DNA from: the human T2T-CHM13v2.0 reference genome, Homo sapiens
Reading direction: 5' to 3' (one strand)
Length of the DNA: 64,000 bases
Assembly (NCBI RefSeq): GCF_009914755.1
Contig: NC_060944.1
Every line of letters starts with the position of its first letter. The stretch's first letter is position 1. The translations under genes were made by a program, and so were the position numbers. Below the pieces are notes generated by a model, which did no database searches, was not told the origin of the DNA, and saw nothing but the letters and a program-made list of their open reading frames with translations. Below are positions 42,285 through 55,582 of the stretch, piece after piece.

Positions 42285-42457
42285 GGTATTTTATTAAACC
42301 TCTTTGCTTCTAAGTTTCTAGATCTGTAAAATGAGGGTAAGTGCATCTTATAGGATAATTTTGAGGATTTTAGATTTGACACAAGTAAAATGGTTTAGTG
42401 TAATACCTGAAAATTAGCAAAAAATATAGGAATATTACCCATTATCATTATTATTTT
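42285..42457 (+). mobile_element. MIR
   Basis: TTATTAAACCTCTTTG..AGTTTC..ATCTGTAAAATGAGG..TTTGAGGATT. Confidence 0.7.
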
Positions 42458-42467
42458 CATCACTAAG

Positions 42468-42844
42468 TGACTTAGTTTGTTTTCACACTGTGGTAAAGAA
42501 CTGTCCGAGAACTGGGTAATTTATAAAGGAAAGGGGTTTAACTGACTCACAGTTCAGTATGGCTGGGGAGGCCTCAGGGAACTTACAATCATGGCTGAAG
42601 GGGAAGGGGAAGCAAGGTACCTTCTTTACAAGGCAGCAGGAAGGAGAATGAATGCAGGAGGAACTACCAAACACTTATGAAGCTATCAGATCTCCTGAGA
42701 ACTCACTCACTATCATGAGAACAGCATAGGGGAAACTGCCCCCAAGATTCAGTTACCTCAACCTGGTCTCCCCCTTGACACATGAATATGGAGATTACAA
42801 TTCAAGATGAGATTTAGGTGGGAACACAAAGCCTGACAATATCA
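42468..42844 (-). mobile_element. THE1 (THE1C/D-like) solo LTR
   Basis: CTGGGTAATTTATAAAGGAAAGGGGTTTAACTGACTCACAGTTC, GAGAACTCACTCACTATCATGAGAACAGCA, TACAATTCAAGATGAGATTT..ATATCA. Confidence 0.93.
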
Positions 42845-43310
42845 CAAAAACTCTAAGAAAGGGTAGCATATTTGGAAATAAGTTAATATATCAAATGTGC
42901 TCAACGCATGCACAGAATGTAGTAAAAGTTCAATACATGTTTTTATCATCTTAACTTATTGAGTCTTCCTGGTATTATACTTACATTTATTATTATGACT
43001 TTCTACTCATAAGAACCCCTCAGATAAATTTCATTTTCTTTTATTAGGTTTCTTTTTAGAATATTGTCTGTCTGCAACTACAGTCACTTGGATACATCAC
43101 TAGGTTTACATGTGTTTTAAGTCGACTTTTGCTAGATGTAGCTTGATCTTTGAGGCTCTGTGTAGGCCTTTATAAATTGCCCTTCATTTGTTTATTGAGA
43201 ATTGAAATGAAAATGGAATGCTCCAGACTCAGATGATGGGATTTGAGGTGGAAAATCTCATTAATGCATAAACATGTAAATAAATCAGTTGTTTCTAAAA
43301 ATTTATTCAG

Positions 43311-43627
<317 letters not shown>

Positions 43628-44393
43628 AAATTTATTCAGGATAGCATATTAAACATTGATTGATGTTGGTACTTTAACAGATAAGAACTATTTTAATTTT
43701 GTGTTCAATTGAGTCAACCCTAATTTGTTTAGAAACTTCTGGAATTGAATGCAATCTGTTAAAAGTAAAGACGTGTTAGGCCAGATAATAATATTGCTTT
43801 AAGCTTGCCTATCTCTAACACTTATTAGGAGAATATATTTATATCTGTCTTTTTAAAGTAAGTATTGAAACAGCTTTGTTTAATTTTCTTTTGGGAAGAA
43901 AGATTTCTTTCATAACATTTGCATAATTTTTAAAAAAATAATTGTACAAAAATCACAGAACCAGTAAAGAAATATCTGTGACTTGAGGGTCTCAGGAAGG
44001 CAGTATCAAATGGAGATTCATTTATTTATTTATTTATTTATTTATTGAGGTGCTGTCCTTTTTTAAGAGTGTATTTGTTCCTCTTTTTGTAAACTGCAGA
44101 CAACTTGAACTGATGGTGAGGTCTGGTAAGAAAAAAAAAAAAAAAAATTCAAAGCTACCAAGGGAGAAAAGGTGAATTTCATTGGATTACTAAATTCACA
44201 AACAAACTTTATAGGTCATCATTGAACATTTTATTTATATTAGAATAAGCAAGCATTGAGCAAGATAGAAATAATTTTGCTTCAGGTTATCATCATTGTG
44301 AACTATCACAAGGTATAAGCACAGAAATGACAGAAGTTCTGGCACAGAACAAGGAATTTGCACATGGTCCAATAACATGAACAAAAAAGGTTG

Positions 44394-44396
44394 TAT

Positions 44397-44427
<31 letters not shown>

Positions 44428-44714
44428 TTTTTGAGACAGAGTCTCACTCTGTTTCCCAGGCTGGAGTGCAGTGGTGCAATCTTGGCTCACTGCAGCCTCC
44501 ACCTCCTGGGTTCAGATGATCCTCATGCCTCAGCCTTCTGAGTAGCTGGGATTACAGGTGTGCGCCACAACCCCTGGCTAATTTTTGTATTTTTAGTAGA
44601 GACAGGGTTTCACCATGTTGACCAGGCTGGTCTCAAACTCCTGGCCTCATATGATCTGCCTGCCTTGGCCTCCCAAAGTGCTGGGATTGCAGGCATGAGC
44701 CGCTGCACCTGGCC
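44394..44714 (-). mobile_element. AluS with (TTTA)n tail
   Basis: (TTTA)n followed by GAGACAGAGTCTCACTCTG ... CCTGGCC. Confidence 0.96.
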
Positions 44715-44810
44715 AAAGTTTCATATTTCTTGTGATGACACTGAATTTTTAGACAAAAGAGATATATTGACTTTGTGTGTTGATGGTTTCAATTTAGAAA
44801 AGACTATTTG

Positions 44811-45100
44811 GGCTGGGCGCAGTGGCTTATGCCTGTAATCCTAGCACTTTGGGAGGCTGAGGTGGGCGGATCACGAGGTCAGGAGTTCGAGACCAGCCTA
44901 GCCAACATAGTGAAACCCCATCTCTACTAAAAATACAAAAATTAGCCAGGCGTGGTGGCACGTGCCTGTAGTTCCAACTACTTGGGAGGCTGTGGCAGGA
45001 GAATAGCTTTAACCCAGGAGGTAGAAGATGCAGTGAGCCCAGACTGTGCCATTGCACTCCAGCCTTCTAGTCTGGGGGACAGAGTGAGACTCTGTCTCAA
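44811..45100 (+). mobile_element. AluSg-like
   Basis: GGATCACGAGGTCAGGAGTTCG; almost no A tail; TSD aaaagactatttg at 44798-44810 and 45101-45113. Confidence 0.96.
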
Positions 45101-45195
45101 AAAAGACTATTTGGGAATTTGTTCATCAAAATTTATGCATCCACTTTATTTTCTCAAAGTTCCTCTTACTGGAAAGCATTTAAGTATTTTGATTC

Positions 45196-47768
45196 TTTTT
45201 AAAAATAATTTCAACTTTTATTTTAGATTTGGGGGGTTCGTTACATGGGCATATTGTGTGATGCTGAGGTTTGGGGTACAAATTATCCCATCACCCAAGT
45301 AGTGAGCTTAGTACCCAATAGGTAGTTTTTCAGCCTTTACTCTTCTTTTTCTCCCCTCTCTAGTGGTCCCAATGTCTATTATTTCCATCTTTATGTCCAT
45401 GTGTGCCCAGTGTTTGGCTCACACTTATAAGTTGGAACATGCAGTATTTTGTTTTCTGTTCTTGTGTTCATTCACTTAGGATAATGACCTCTAGTTGCAT
45501 CTATGTTGCTAAAAAGGATATAATTTTATTCTTTTTCATGGAGGTATAGTATTCCATGATGTATATTTACCACGTTTTGTTTATTCAGTCATCTATTGAT
45601 GGCCACGTAGATGGATTCCATGTCTTTGCTATTGTGAATAGAACTATGGTGAACTTTTTGGTATAACAATTATTGTCCTCTGGTTATATATCCAGTATTG
45701 GGATTGCTGGGTCAAATTGTAGTTCTGTTTTAAATTATTTGAGAAATTTTTAAACTGCTTTCTACAGTTTAGAAATTGATCTAATTTACACTCCCACCAA
45801 CAAAGTATAAGCATTCTCTTTTCTCCACAGCCTCACCAACTTCTGTTCTGTTTTGACATTTTAGTAATAGTCATTCTGACTGGTGTGAAATGGTATCTCA
45901 CTGTGGTTTTGATTTGCATTTCTGTAATAATTAGTGAGGGTGATCTTTTTTTCATATTTTTTGGCTGCTTGTATGTCTTCTTTTGAGAAATGTCTGTTCA
46001 TGTCCTCGTTTCACTTTTTAATAGGGTTGTTTTTTGCCTGTTCAGTTGTTTAAGTTACTTATAGATTGTGGATATTAAGTTTTTGTTTAATGCATACTTT
46101 GTGAATATTTTCTCCCATTCTGTAGGTTGTCTGTTTACTCTGTTGATAGCCTCTTTTGTTGTGCAGAGGTCTTTAGTTTAATTAGGTCCCACTTGTCAAT
46201 TTTTGTTTTAGTAGCAATTGCTTTTGAGGACTTAGTCATGAATTCTTTGCCAAAGCCAATATTCAGAATGGTATTACCAAGGTTTTCTTCTAGGACTTAT
46301 AGTTTGAGGTCTTACACTTAAATCTTTAATCCATCTTGAGTTACTTTTTGTATATGATGAAAGGTGGGAGTCTAGTTTCATTCTTGTGCATATGGCTAGC
46401 CACTTATCCCAGCACCATTTATTCGGTAGGGAATCCTTTCTCTTAATGGTTTTTGTCAACTTTGTTGTATGTCAAATGGTTGTAGGTGTGTGGCTGTGTT
46501 TCTGGGTTGTCTGTTTTGTTTCACTGGCCTATGCATCTGTTTTTGTACCAGTACCATGCTGTTTTGGTTACTGTGGTCTTACAATATACTTAAAAGTCAG
46601 GTAATGTGATGCCTCTGGCTTTGTTCTTTTTGCTTAGGATTGCTTTGGCTATTCAGGCTCCTTTTTGGTTTTGTAAGAATTTTAGAATCAGTTTTTCTAA
46701 TTCTGTGAAAAATGATGTTGATAATTTGTTAGGAATAGCAGTGACTGTGTTTGGGCAGAATGGCCATTTTAAGGATATATACTCTTCCAATCCATGAGCA
46801 TGGAATGTTTTTCCATCTGTTTGTGTCATCTGTGATTACTTTCAGCAGGCTTTTGTAGTTCTCCTTGTAGGGATCTTTCACATTTTGGTTAGCTATTTTC
46901 CTAGGTATTTTATTTTTCAGGTGGCTATTTTAAGTAGGATTACATTCTTGATTTGGCTCTCAGGTTGAATATTATTAGTGTGTAGAAATGCTACTGATTT
47001 TTGTGCATTGATTTTATATCCTGAAACTTTGCTAAAGTCATTGTTCAATTCTAGGAGACTTTTGGTGGTGTTTTTAGTGTTTTCTAGGTATAGAATCTTA
47101 CATCAGTGAAGAGAGACATTTTGACTTTTTTTTCCTATTTGGATGCCTTTTATTTCTTTCTCTTCCCTGATAGCTCTGGCTAGGACTTTCAATACTATGT
47201 TGAATAGGAGTGGTGAGAGAGGGCATCCTTGTCTTGTTCCTCTTCTTAAGGGGAATGCTTCCAGCTTTTGCCCATTTAGTGTGACATTGGCTGTGGGTTT
47301 GTCATAGATGGCTCTTGTTATTTTGGGGTATGTTCCTTCAATGCCTAGTTTCTTGAGGTTTTTTTGTTTTGTTTTGTTTTGTTTTATCGTGAAGGGATGT
47401 TGGATTCTATTGAAAGCTATTTTTGCATCTATTGAGAGGATCATATGGTTTTTGTTTTTAGTTCTGTTTGTGTGGTGAATCACATTTATTCATTTGCATA
47501 TGTTGTACCACCCTTTCCTCCCTGGAATAAAGCCCATTTGATCATGGTGAATTAACTTTTCTGTATGCTGCTGGATTCAGTTTGCTAGCATTTTGATGAG
47601 GATTTTTGTGTCTACGTTCATCAGGGATATTGGCTTGTCGTTTTCTTTTCTCACTGTGTCTTTGCCAGAATTTGGTATCAGAGTGATGCTGGCTCCATAG
47701 AAGGAGTTAGGGAAGAGTCCCTTTTCCTCAAGTTTTTAGAATAGTTACACTGGCTCTTCTTTTGTACA
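45196..47768 (-). mobile_element. L1PA16-like, 5'-truncated (~2.6 kb: partial RT, C-terminus, 3'UTR)
   Basis: ORF 47103-47483 encodes L1 RT motifs [18 protein letters not shown] and [17 protein letters not shown]; ORF 46274-46459 gives [16 protein letters not shown]; the frame is broken. Confidence 0.95.
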
Positions 47769-48475
47769 CAACTTTATAAACATACCTGTAAGCGTAATTT
47801 TGCAAAGATCTTTCATTCATCAAAGAGAATTCCTTTGTGAAGTAAAATGGTAAATAGTCTAAGCATCTTGCTTTCAACTTGACTCAGAGCCAAATGTGTG
47901 TAAGCATTGAGAGGGTTTGCCATTTTACATTCCTTAGTCTGAAGAAGGGAAGAAAGAGAACATCCTTAAACCCTGAAAATATTACTTGGCCTGTATGGCA
48001 TTTGTACGCAAAGGTAGAATCTGAGACCTTGCATAAGATTTACTGGAAATGCTACATCTCCATGAAAGACTACATCAAGAGTGTCAAAGCATGATTAGTT
48101 GGGGCACATTCATATTTTTTTGTTAGGGAGTCTATGTCCTCTCTTTTATGTATTGTTTGACGTCAGATGCCTTTAAAGTAAAACTATAAGAATTATTAGT
48201 CATTTGATGAGAAGTAATAAATGTTATATAGAGAAACATTACAAAATAGAGATAGACTCAGGATAGGGGACCATAGAGCATACAACCATGAACACATATC
48301 ATTTGCTTAAATTAGTTAAAACACAAAAGCAAAATATTTGAAATAGTCAAAAGAACATTTTCAATTCTACCTAATAATTTATTGGATGAATTCTTTTATT
48401 TTTTTAAATAGTTTACTGGCCGAGTTGATAATATGATCTATCCTAGTTATTAACCAGCAGAATTTTAATTTAGTT

Positions 48476-48900
48476 TTCAAGGTTCTCCATGGTCTAAACT
48501 CAACCTGCCCTTCCAGGCTCAAATTACACTCTTCCAGTTCAAAGGCCCATCTGAAATGGGCTGCTTCTATTATGTTGCCCAGGCTTTCTTATCTCTAGCT
48601 CTTTGCCCTGATACCTTTGTCTTTCTACTTGGAGTACCTATTCTTTCCATCTTTAATACCCCACCTTCATTAAATGACCCTTTCTAATTACTTCCTGCAT
48701 GCTTCAGCCAGATGTAATCTCTTCTCTCTGATTATCACATAACACTATTTTGTGCTTCTGTGGTTTTCACCTTACTCATCTCTGTTGTACTGACAAATGG
48801 ACTGTGAGCTCCGTATTTTTTATCTTCACCCTTATGCATTGCGTAATTAAAACCTTGTACACAGTACAGGTTCAGCAAACACACACTGAATAAATTAATA
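48476..48900 (+). mobile_element. L2 3' fragment
   Basis: TTCAAGGTTCTCCATGGTCT, GGACTGTGAGCTCC and tail CACAGTACAGGTTCAGCAAA..TGAATAAAT. Confidence 0.55.
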
Positions 48901-50929
48901 AGTAGGTGAATAGTTTTGTTGTTTACATTCACTAACAACCCATTCTGATTCATGTTTACATGGACAGAAAAAGAATGAGTTGATTATTAACTAAATTTAA
49001 TGTATGTCATCTGTATACCTAAATTCTTTGGGTTAATATTAAAAAAGTATTCTTCCAAGTTAGCATGAATTTGACCTATCTTTTAGAGTGTTCAGATTGG
49101 TTCACTCATGTTGACATTAGTCAGTTTTGAAATTCAGACATAAAGGTATACACATATAGATTTGACATTTGAGATTAACTTACTTTTTTCCAGTTAGATT
49201 ATGGAAGAGATAAACAATGACTCAGAGGAAAATGGAGAGGCTATAGAGGTGAAATACTGTAATAATGTGGCTAAACTTGCTTGAGAGAAGATGAGACATA
49301 AGCCTGCTTTGTTAGTCCTTTCATAGAGAAATGACTCAGCACTGTTAGAGAATATGATGAGGTTACATTGTTCTTTCATCACAAACTGTTGAGTTAATGG
49401 TGGCATATATAGAGTATAGCTCTGATTCATAAGACAATTGGTCATTGTGCTTCTCTCTTTTTATTTTTTAAAGCAAATTAGTGCTTTAAAAGAGCATAGT
49501 AATCTGGTTCTTTTCATGAAAACTGATGATTAAAAACAAACTGCGAAAATAATTTTAAATACACCTGGGTTTCCAAATGGACAGAGGTTGTTGAAAGTCA
49601 TTTTTAAGTTCCTTCAAAGCTACAAAGTCTATGTGTTTCTCAAATTATCTTTTGCAAATCTTAGTAGGAATTAAACTTGTGCAAATCCAACCCCTGGCTC
49701 TTTTTAGCCTCGTGAGAGCAGAGTATGCATCGTGCTTTCGTTTTGGATGAGAAATATACAAACTGTGTGTTGACTGGTGGAAAGCAGAACAATGGATCTC
49801 AGCAAATTGTATCATGCCCAGCTCTGACTTGAGACGCAGAATCAATTCATTTTCAGTGTCATGACAGGATCTGAGATAGAAGTGAGTCTCTTGTTGCCAT
49901 CATGAGAAAAGATACGTATGTCCACAGTTTTGGGGAGAGGGAGCATGGAAGCTGGGTGCTTCACTGCCAACACAGCCTCTGATCACCTGATATGTTACAA
50001 AATCAATTTTATCTTCTGCTGCATTTCATGTGACAATTCAAAGAGCAACATTTGTTTTTCTACTCTTTACATTCTCAACTTCCATGGAGGCATAATTGCC
50101 ATGAGTTAAAGCTAGGAGGAGAGTGATCACTGCACACTGATTTGGATATAAAATCTATGGCCATTTGAAAGGGAAACCTTCAAGAGCCCACGTAATAAAT
50201 CCCCGAGGAACTTAAGAGAGATGAACTGTACCTAATTGCATCTGACATGGCTAAAACACAGGGACCTCTCTAAAGAGTGTGAGGGCAGGTCCCCAAATCC
50301 TCTGCTCAGCACTATTCAAGGTTCAGAAGAATTCATGCATTTAGCTTATCTACAGCTATGTGGCAAAACACCCTTCAGCTGCAGTCAGCCTCCCTCTAAT
50401 GACCAATGAGGAGAGGCCAAAAATTAAAGTTGTATAATCAGAGATTTTAAAGACAAACTGAAAAGAACTGGTGGAACCGTCTAACTTATGCCTTGGAATG
50501 GCATGCATTATTTTGTATATGATTTTGGGCCTCAGAACACAAACACAACTCCCTCCACAAAGGGGATGAGTTTGCTGGGCCAGAGTGGCCTCTTGTTGCT
50601 GGGAGCTACTGCCGCCCAGCGTGGGCAGCTGCAATCACAGTGCCCCTATCCCTGCCTGAGTGGTCCTGGAGGGTTGGAGAGCTGCGTGACTCCTCAAGAC
50701 CTTTGTCACTAGCCTGTGTAATGCCTGTGCATGAGTCCTTGAAAGCAAATCCCCCAATTAGGGCCTACATGGCCTACCCTGAGGAGGGAAGAGGTGCAAT
50801 ACATGTTGCTTTTAACAATTCTTCATCAGGAATGAGAGGATGTTGCAATGGAAAGGAAAATATTAATTCCTGCTAGGCCCTTGTCAGTGGGATCTTCTCC
50901 CATTCTCTTCCTGCTGGAATTACAGATCC

Positions 50930-51250
50930 ATAGGTTTTGGAGCCAGTCAGCCTGGGTTCTTTCATGCATTCCCTTCTTCTGGTGGGCTTGACCATACTAG
51001 ATATCAAATACTGTGACTCAAAGTTCTACCACCTCTGTTGACTTAAAGGTCAAACCTAGAACAAGCCTTGGTCTCTAGGTCTAAGAGGCAAAATAAAAGC
51101 TGGTGAACCTTCTTACTGACAAGGCACTTGACTTCCCTGTGCCTCAGACTTCAAATCTATAAAACGAGACTCACTGTTCTTATCTCTGAGGTTTATTGCT
51201 TGGAATTGAATGGGGTAATTCATAAATTCCCTAGCCTGGCACCCCACACA
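50930..51250 (+). mobile_element. MIR (interrupted)
   Basis: TTTGGAGCCAG..CCTGGGTTC, then CACTTGACTTCCCTGTGCCTCAG..ATCTATAAAA. Confidence 0.55.
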
Positions 51251-51619
51251 CGGCCTCTTCAAGAAGTTTCGGGGTAGCTCTCTTGCCAGTCAGCTGAGAA
51301 AACCAAGCAGTGAGAAGAGGGTCATATATTGACTTGGTTTTCATGCTGACAGGCTTTGGCATCTCCTCAAGCTTGTCCATACTCTACAGTGGCATTAAGA
51401 GAGTAGTGTCCTGCACTTGTGTTTGAGCACTGTGGAACATTCCTCAGGAGTTCTGGCTGAGATGCATGTGCCCCACCTTTTCCCAGAACCAGGGCCCTCT
51501 AAGTCTAAGTCAATAAAGGGACCAGGGGAAGTTCCTGGAAATTCTGATCCAATTCAAGTCCCTGCTACCTAGGTTTACCTCTTGCCTGGCCTGTCTCCCC
51601 CTAATTTCTCAGGAGTAGA

Positions 51620-51830
51620 CTTCTATTTGTATAGTGTTTATATGGGCCAACATTTGCATATGTTCACGCATGTTATCTTCACAGCAATTCTAAAAAGACA
51701 ATTAACTCTTGTTATGTCTGTTTATAAAAGAGGAAATTGAGGCACAGAAATGTCAAGTCACATGAACAAATCCCTACAGGAACCATCTTTAATAAGTGTC
51801 AAAGTAAGGAGTCAAGCTCAGGCAGTCATG
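51620..51830 (-). mobile_element. MIR
   Basis: ATCTTCACAGCAA..GAGGAAATTGAGGCACAGA..CAGGCAGTC. Confidence 0.65.
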
Positions 51831-53914
51831 CCCTTATCCCACAAATTTTGAGATTCTGCCATAGCCAGGTTTATGCCTTGCTTCTCACTTGTGATGGACT
51901 TTCCAGAGCTTGGCCCAGTCACTGAAACATGGCAAACATTGTCAATATTTGATGAGTAAAGACATGAATGAATGATGCTTTTGCAACTATCCCATTCCCT
52001 GTGCACTCACTGAATTTTTCTTCCCCTTTTTATCATCGCAGTGTTTGAAAATTTTACTTCCTTATTTTACTAGATATATCTTTGTCTTTACATGTGTCAT
52101 CTCTCAACCAGATGTAAAAGGTACTTCCCTGAAGGGAAGAAGCATGTTTTATACCTGTTATGTAACCTCCGTAAGAATAGCTGAATACTCAGTTTGTGAC
52201 ACACAAAAACCCTAAAATAACTATCTAAATAGATTGGGAAGTTGGGTTGTTGAGATACAGAAGATTTACTCTTCTTCCCAACTCATCCCTTCTCTTTGCT
52301 CCTTCCAATAAAATGCTATTTGGTTGAATAGTTTAAAGATGGAAAACCATTTAAGGTTAAAACAGATGAATAAGATCATTCTAAAGAAGCAGAAAGGCGT
52401 TCAGACCGTTAAGTTGAATAGATCAGAGTACGGCATTGATTCTGGCTGTAAGATTTCAGGTCACCAAAGGAAATATGTTGGATTGCATTATCTCCATTTT
52501 TTTAAAAATAAAGTTTAGATCCCTCCCTGAAGATAAAATTACTCTTGGAACTATATTCAAGAAGGACTTAAGTATGTAGACCTTATGTAACAGATGTAAG
52601 AAACAATTCCACCAATGCTGATATTATGGAGACACCAACATGCCCTCTTACATAAGCCATAAAAGTGGTGAGAATGGCCACATTTTTGTGATGGGGTGTT
52701 TGGAATTAATTCATCTTCATGAAACAGAGGCCACATCATATTCTTGGTCATGAGTAATGATGGTAATACTGTTTCTCTTTCCTTTGAATCACTTACCTAT
52801 CCATTGACCTAACATGTTTTAAATACCACAAAGGAGTAAGATTCTCTCTCATGTCTTTGGGTAGAGAAATATGCAACAACCCATTTCCTAAAAAGTCTGT
52901 AATTACATGTGGGAAATGCTGGTAATTAATAGCCTGAATGGGTGATTCTAAGTTAGATTCATGAAAAACCAAGAGACATATCTAACCTTTCTTAAGCTCC
53001 AGGGCACATGCATAATTTGAACATTATGTCTACAATGTGGGTGTATTTTCTTCCTTTTCAATGAAGACAGTGATTAGGATGATAATAGAAATAATACTTG
53101 GGTTTATAGAGCCTTTAGCTGAAGTCTACCTACATGGTTTCTGGCTCTGTGGTAAGCATGTCGGACTAATGTCAGCTTTTGAAGTGAATTTTTCATGCCT
53201 TTTTCCCTCTGGGCTTCCCCTTTCTCTAATAAAACTACTTTAATCCCATTCACATTCCAGTTCTGAATACTAGCACTTGAAATGAACTGTCTATATCTGA
53301 CTCACTTAAAAAAAAAAAGTAGTTTAAATAAAAACAAAGAGTTGTTTACTTTCCTTTCCTACCTGGCTGCATCTGTCACATGCATATAGTGTCCCCTGAC
53401 ATGAAGCTCTGATATTGATCTGGAGCCTTATTGATCTCCAACTTAATATAGGGACAATGTCTACCAATAACTTAGGCACTTCCAGAGAGGCTCACTCTGT
53501 CTTCTTTTGTTCACTTACAAAATGAAAAGAATGTCTTTACTAGAGTACCTATTAAAGGGTTCCAGTACACCCTACCACAAGCTCAACTTTGGAATCTGAT
53601 AAAATATTTTTTAAGCAAGCTTCTGGTTTTGTTATATTAATTTGGGATTGGATTCCCTCCAGTGGTTCAAACAAAATGAAAGTATGATCTTTAAGTATGT
53701 AATATATTCTGTCAGTTCTCTGGTTAGTTTGGATCAGAATTAACTCCTTTCAGGATCATCCCAAAATAACAGTGTAACCCCATAGTAAAGCACACTCTCT
53801 TCTTTCCTGTGATATCCCATGGAGTAGGAATAATTAGGCAACCACAACTGCTTAACCCTGTGTGGTTTCACACAGAAAAATCATGACAATTTCTCTTCTT
53901 GTTGACTCTTTCTC

Positions 53915-54874
53915 ATTTTTCTGGTTATCCATAGCTTTTAACAACAAACCACCCTAAAAGTTATTGGCTTAAAACAATTGCAATTATTTATTTGGTTCAC
54001 AAATCTGCAGTTTGGGCAGGGCTCAGCAGAAAAGGCTTGACTGTGCTCCAGGTGGTGTGAGCTGTGGTGGCTCAAGTGGGCTGAAGTATCTATTTTCAAG
54101 ATATCTTACCAACATGGCTGGTGCTGGCTGTTTCCTGGGAACTCTACTGGGTCTGTTGTATGGGGTCATTGATTCTTTGGATCCAAGATACCACAGCTAG
54201 AAACTGCCACTCTTTTTCAGTCTGGTACAGCATCACTTCTGCGATATTTTGTTGGACAAAGAAGTCACAAATTCTGCCCAAATTTAAGAGGAAGGGACAT
54301 AGGACCTGTAAAGCAAAATAAAATGTTAAGCCCCCAACCAACTAAATGGATCCCCCTCACAACCAAGAGCATTCCAAAGTTAACCTGAAACATGAGTTCA
54401 GGCCATGATGGGAATGGATAGTCAGACATGCCTCATTATACCATCCTCCCTTTGGAATTGAGGCACAACTGACCAGCGTTAATATTGAAACAGAAACGTT
54501 AAAACAATCTGTTCTCTCTGAAGCCTGGAGGCTTCATCTGTGTAATAAAAACCTTGGTCTCCACAACCCTTTACTTTAACCCAGACACTCCCTTCTATTC
54601 ATTCCAGGTATTTATCAAGAGCCCATCTAATTGCCAGTCAGAAAATCTTTGAATCCACCTATGACCTGAAAGCACTGATCCCCTACTGACCCAACTTCCA
54701 TTTGTCCTGCCTTTCCAGGACATGGAACATACATCTTAATGTCAAAGGCATGTCCTTAACCTTGGCAAAGCAAACTTCTAAACTGATTGAGAACTGTCTC
54801 AGATACTTTTTGGTTTACAAACCCTACCTGTCATTGAGAGGAGTGTCAAAAAATTGGGCCATGTTTATACTACA
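53915..54874 (-). mobile_element. MLT1G/H-like MaLR LTR (53915-54306 + 54820-54874) split by MER4
   Basis: AACAAACCACCCTAAAA..TGGCTTAAAACAA..TCACAAATCTGCAGTTTGGGCAGGGCTCAGC; GCATCACTTCTGC; resumes with GAGAGGAGTGTCAAA. Confidence 0.8.
54307..54819 (+). mobile_element. MER4-group ERV1 solo LTR
   Basis: TGTAAAGCAAAATAAAAT..AAGCCCCCAACC start; GAGTTCAGGCCATGATGGGAA; CTGTCTCAGATACTTTTTGGTTTACA end; 4-bp TSD gacc / aacc. Confidence 0.88.
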
Positions 54875-54919
54875 TGCTCTTTAATTAATATCTGTCTGAT
54901 ACTACTAATATCTGATACT

Positions 54920-55582
54920 ATAGTTACCCAAGCCAGAAACTCAGTCATCACCTTTGACCCTTTCTTCTCTCTTATCTTTCTCTTCTTGACCCACCCTAGA
55001 AATACATGTAATCTTTATTGCATATAATTAATAATTCTGTGACTTAATCAGATATTATTGTATCATATACATAAATACCAATTACAAAGTCTTCTAATTG
55101 ACCCTAGAATCTTCTGCTTCTCTTGAGTGCCATCACCTCTACTCTGGTACACACATCATCCCTCCTCTACCTACTAGCCAGTCTCTCTGCCTCCAGCCTT
55201 ACCCCTTTTTACTCTAGTCATGATGATTTTATTTTTAGTTAGAAAGAATAACTGTCCTCTGATTATAATTTCTCAAACATCCTCTATTGCTGTAAGAGTA
55301 AAGTGCAAATTTGTTTGCCTGGCTTCCAAGGCCCTGCAGGATGGGGTCCCAGCCTCCTTCACTAGCCACACCTTGTTATCTCCTATTGAACCTTTGGCCC
55401 TTAGCCTTCAGCTTTACCAAAATCTTGATGTACTCCAAATCTCTTCCTTTGAAATGCTCTTTCCTGTTCCTCTTCCTTCTTACCATCCTCCATTCCCTTT
55501 GCTGGGATAATTCAGTCGCATTCTTTAGATTTCAAGTTAGTTTTCAATTGCTCACTTCCTCTGGGAAGAATTTTATGACCCT
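54920..55582 (+). mobile_element. L2 fragment(s)
   Basis: CCAAGCCAGAAAC..GTCATC..TTGAC; TGGCTTCCAAGGCCCTGC; TCACTTCCTCTGGGAAG. Confidence 0.6.

Noticed and set aside
47103-47483. Reverse-transcriptase-like ORF as a novel retroelement system
   Set aside because: Ordinary decayed L1 ORF2 fragment within a truncated L1, broken by stops and frameshifts.
53304-53446. Possible small dispersed or transduced insertion bounded by ACTTAA
   Set aside because: Only a 6-bp AT-rich flank and a subjective sense of familiarity; it needs a genome-wide BLAT that I cannot run.
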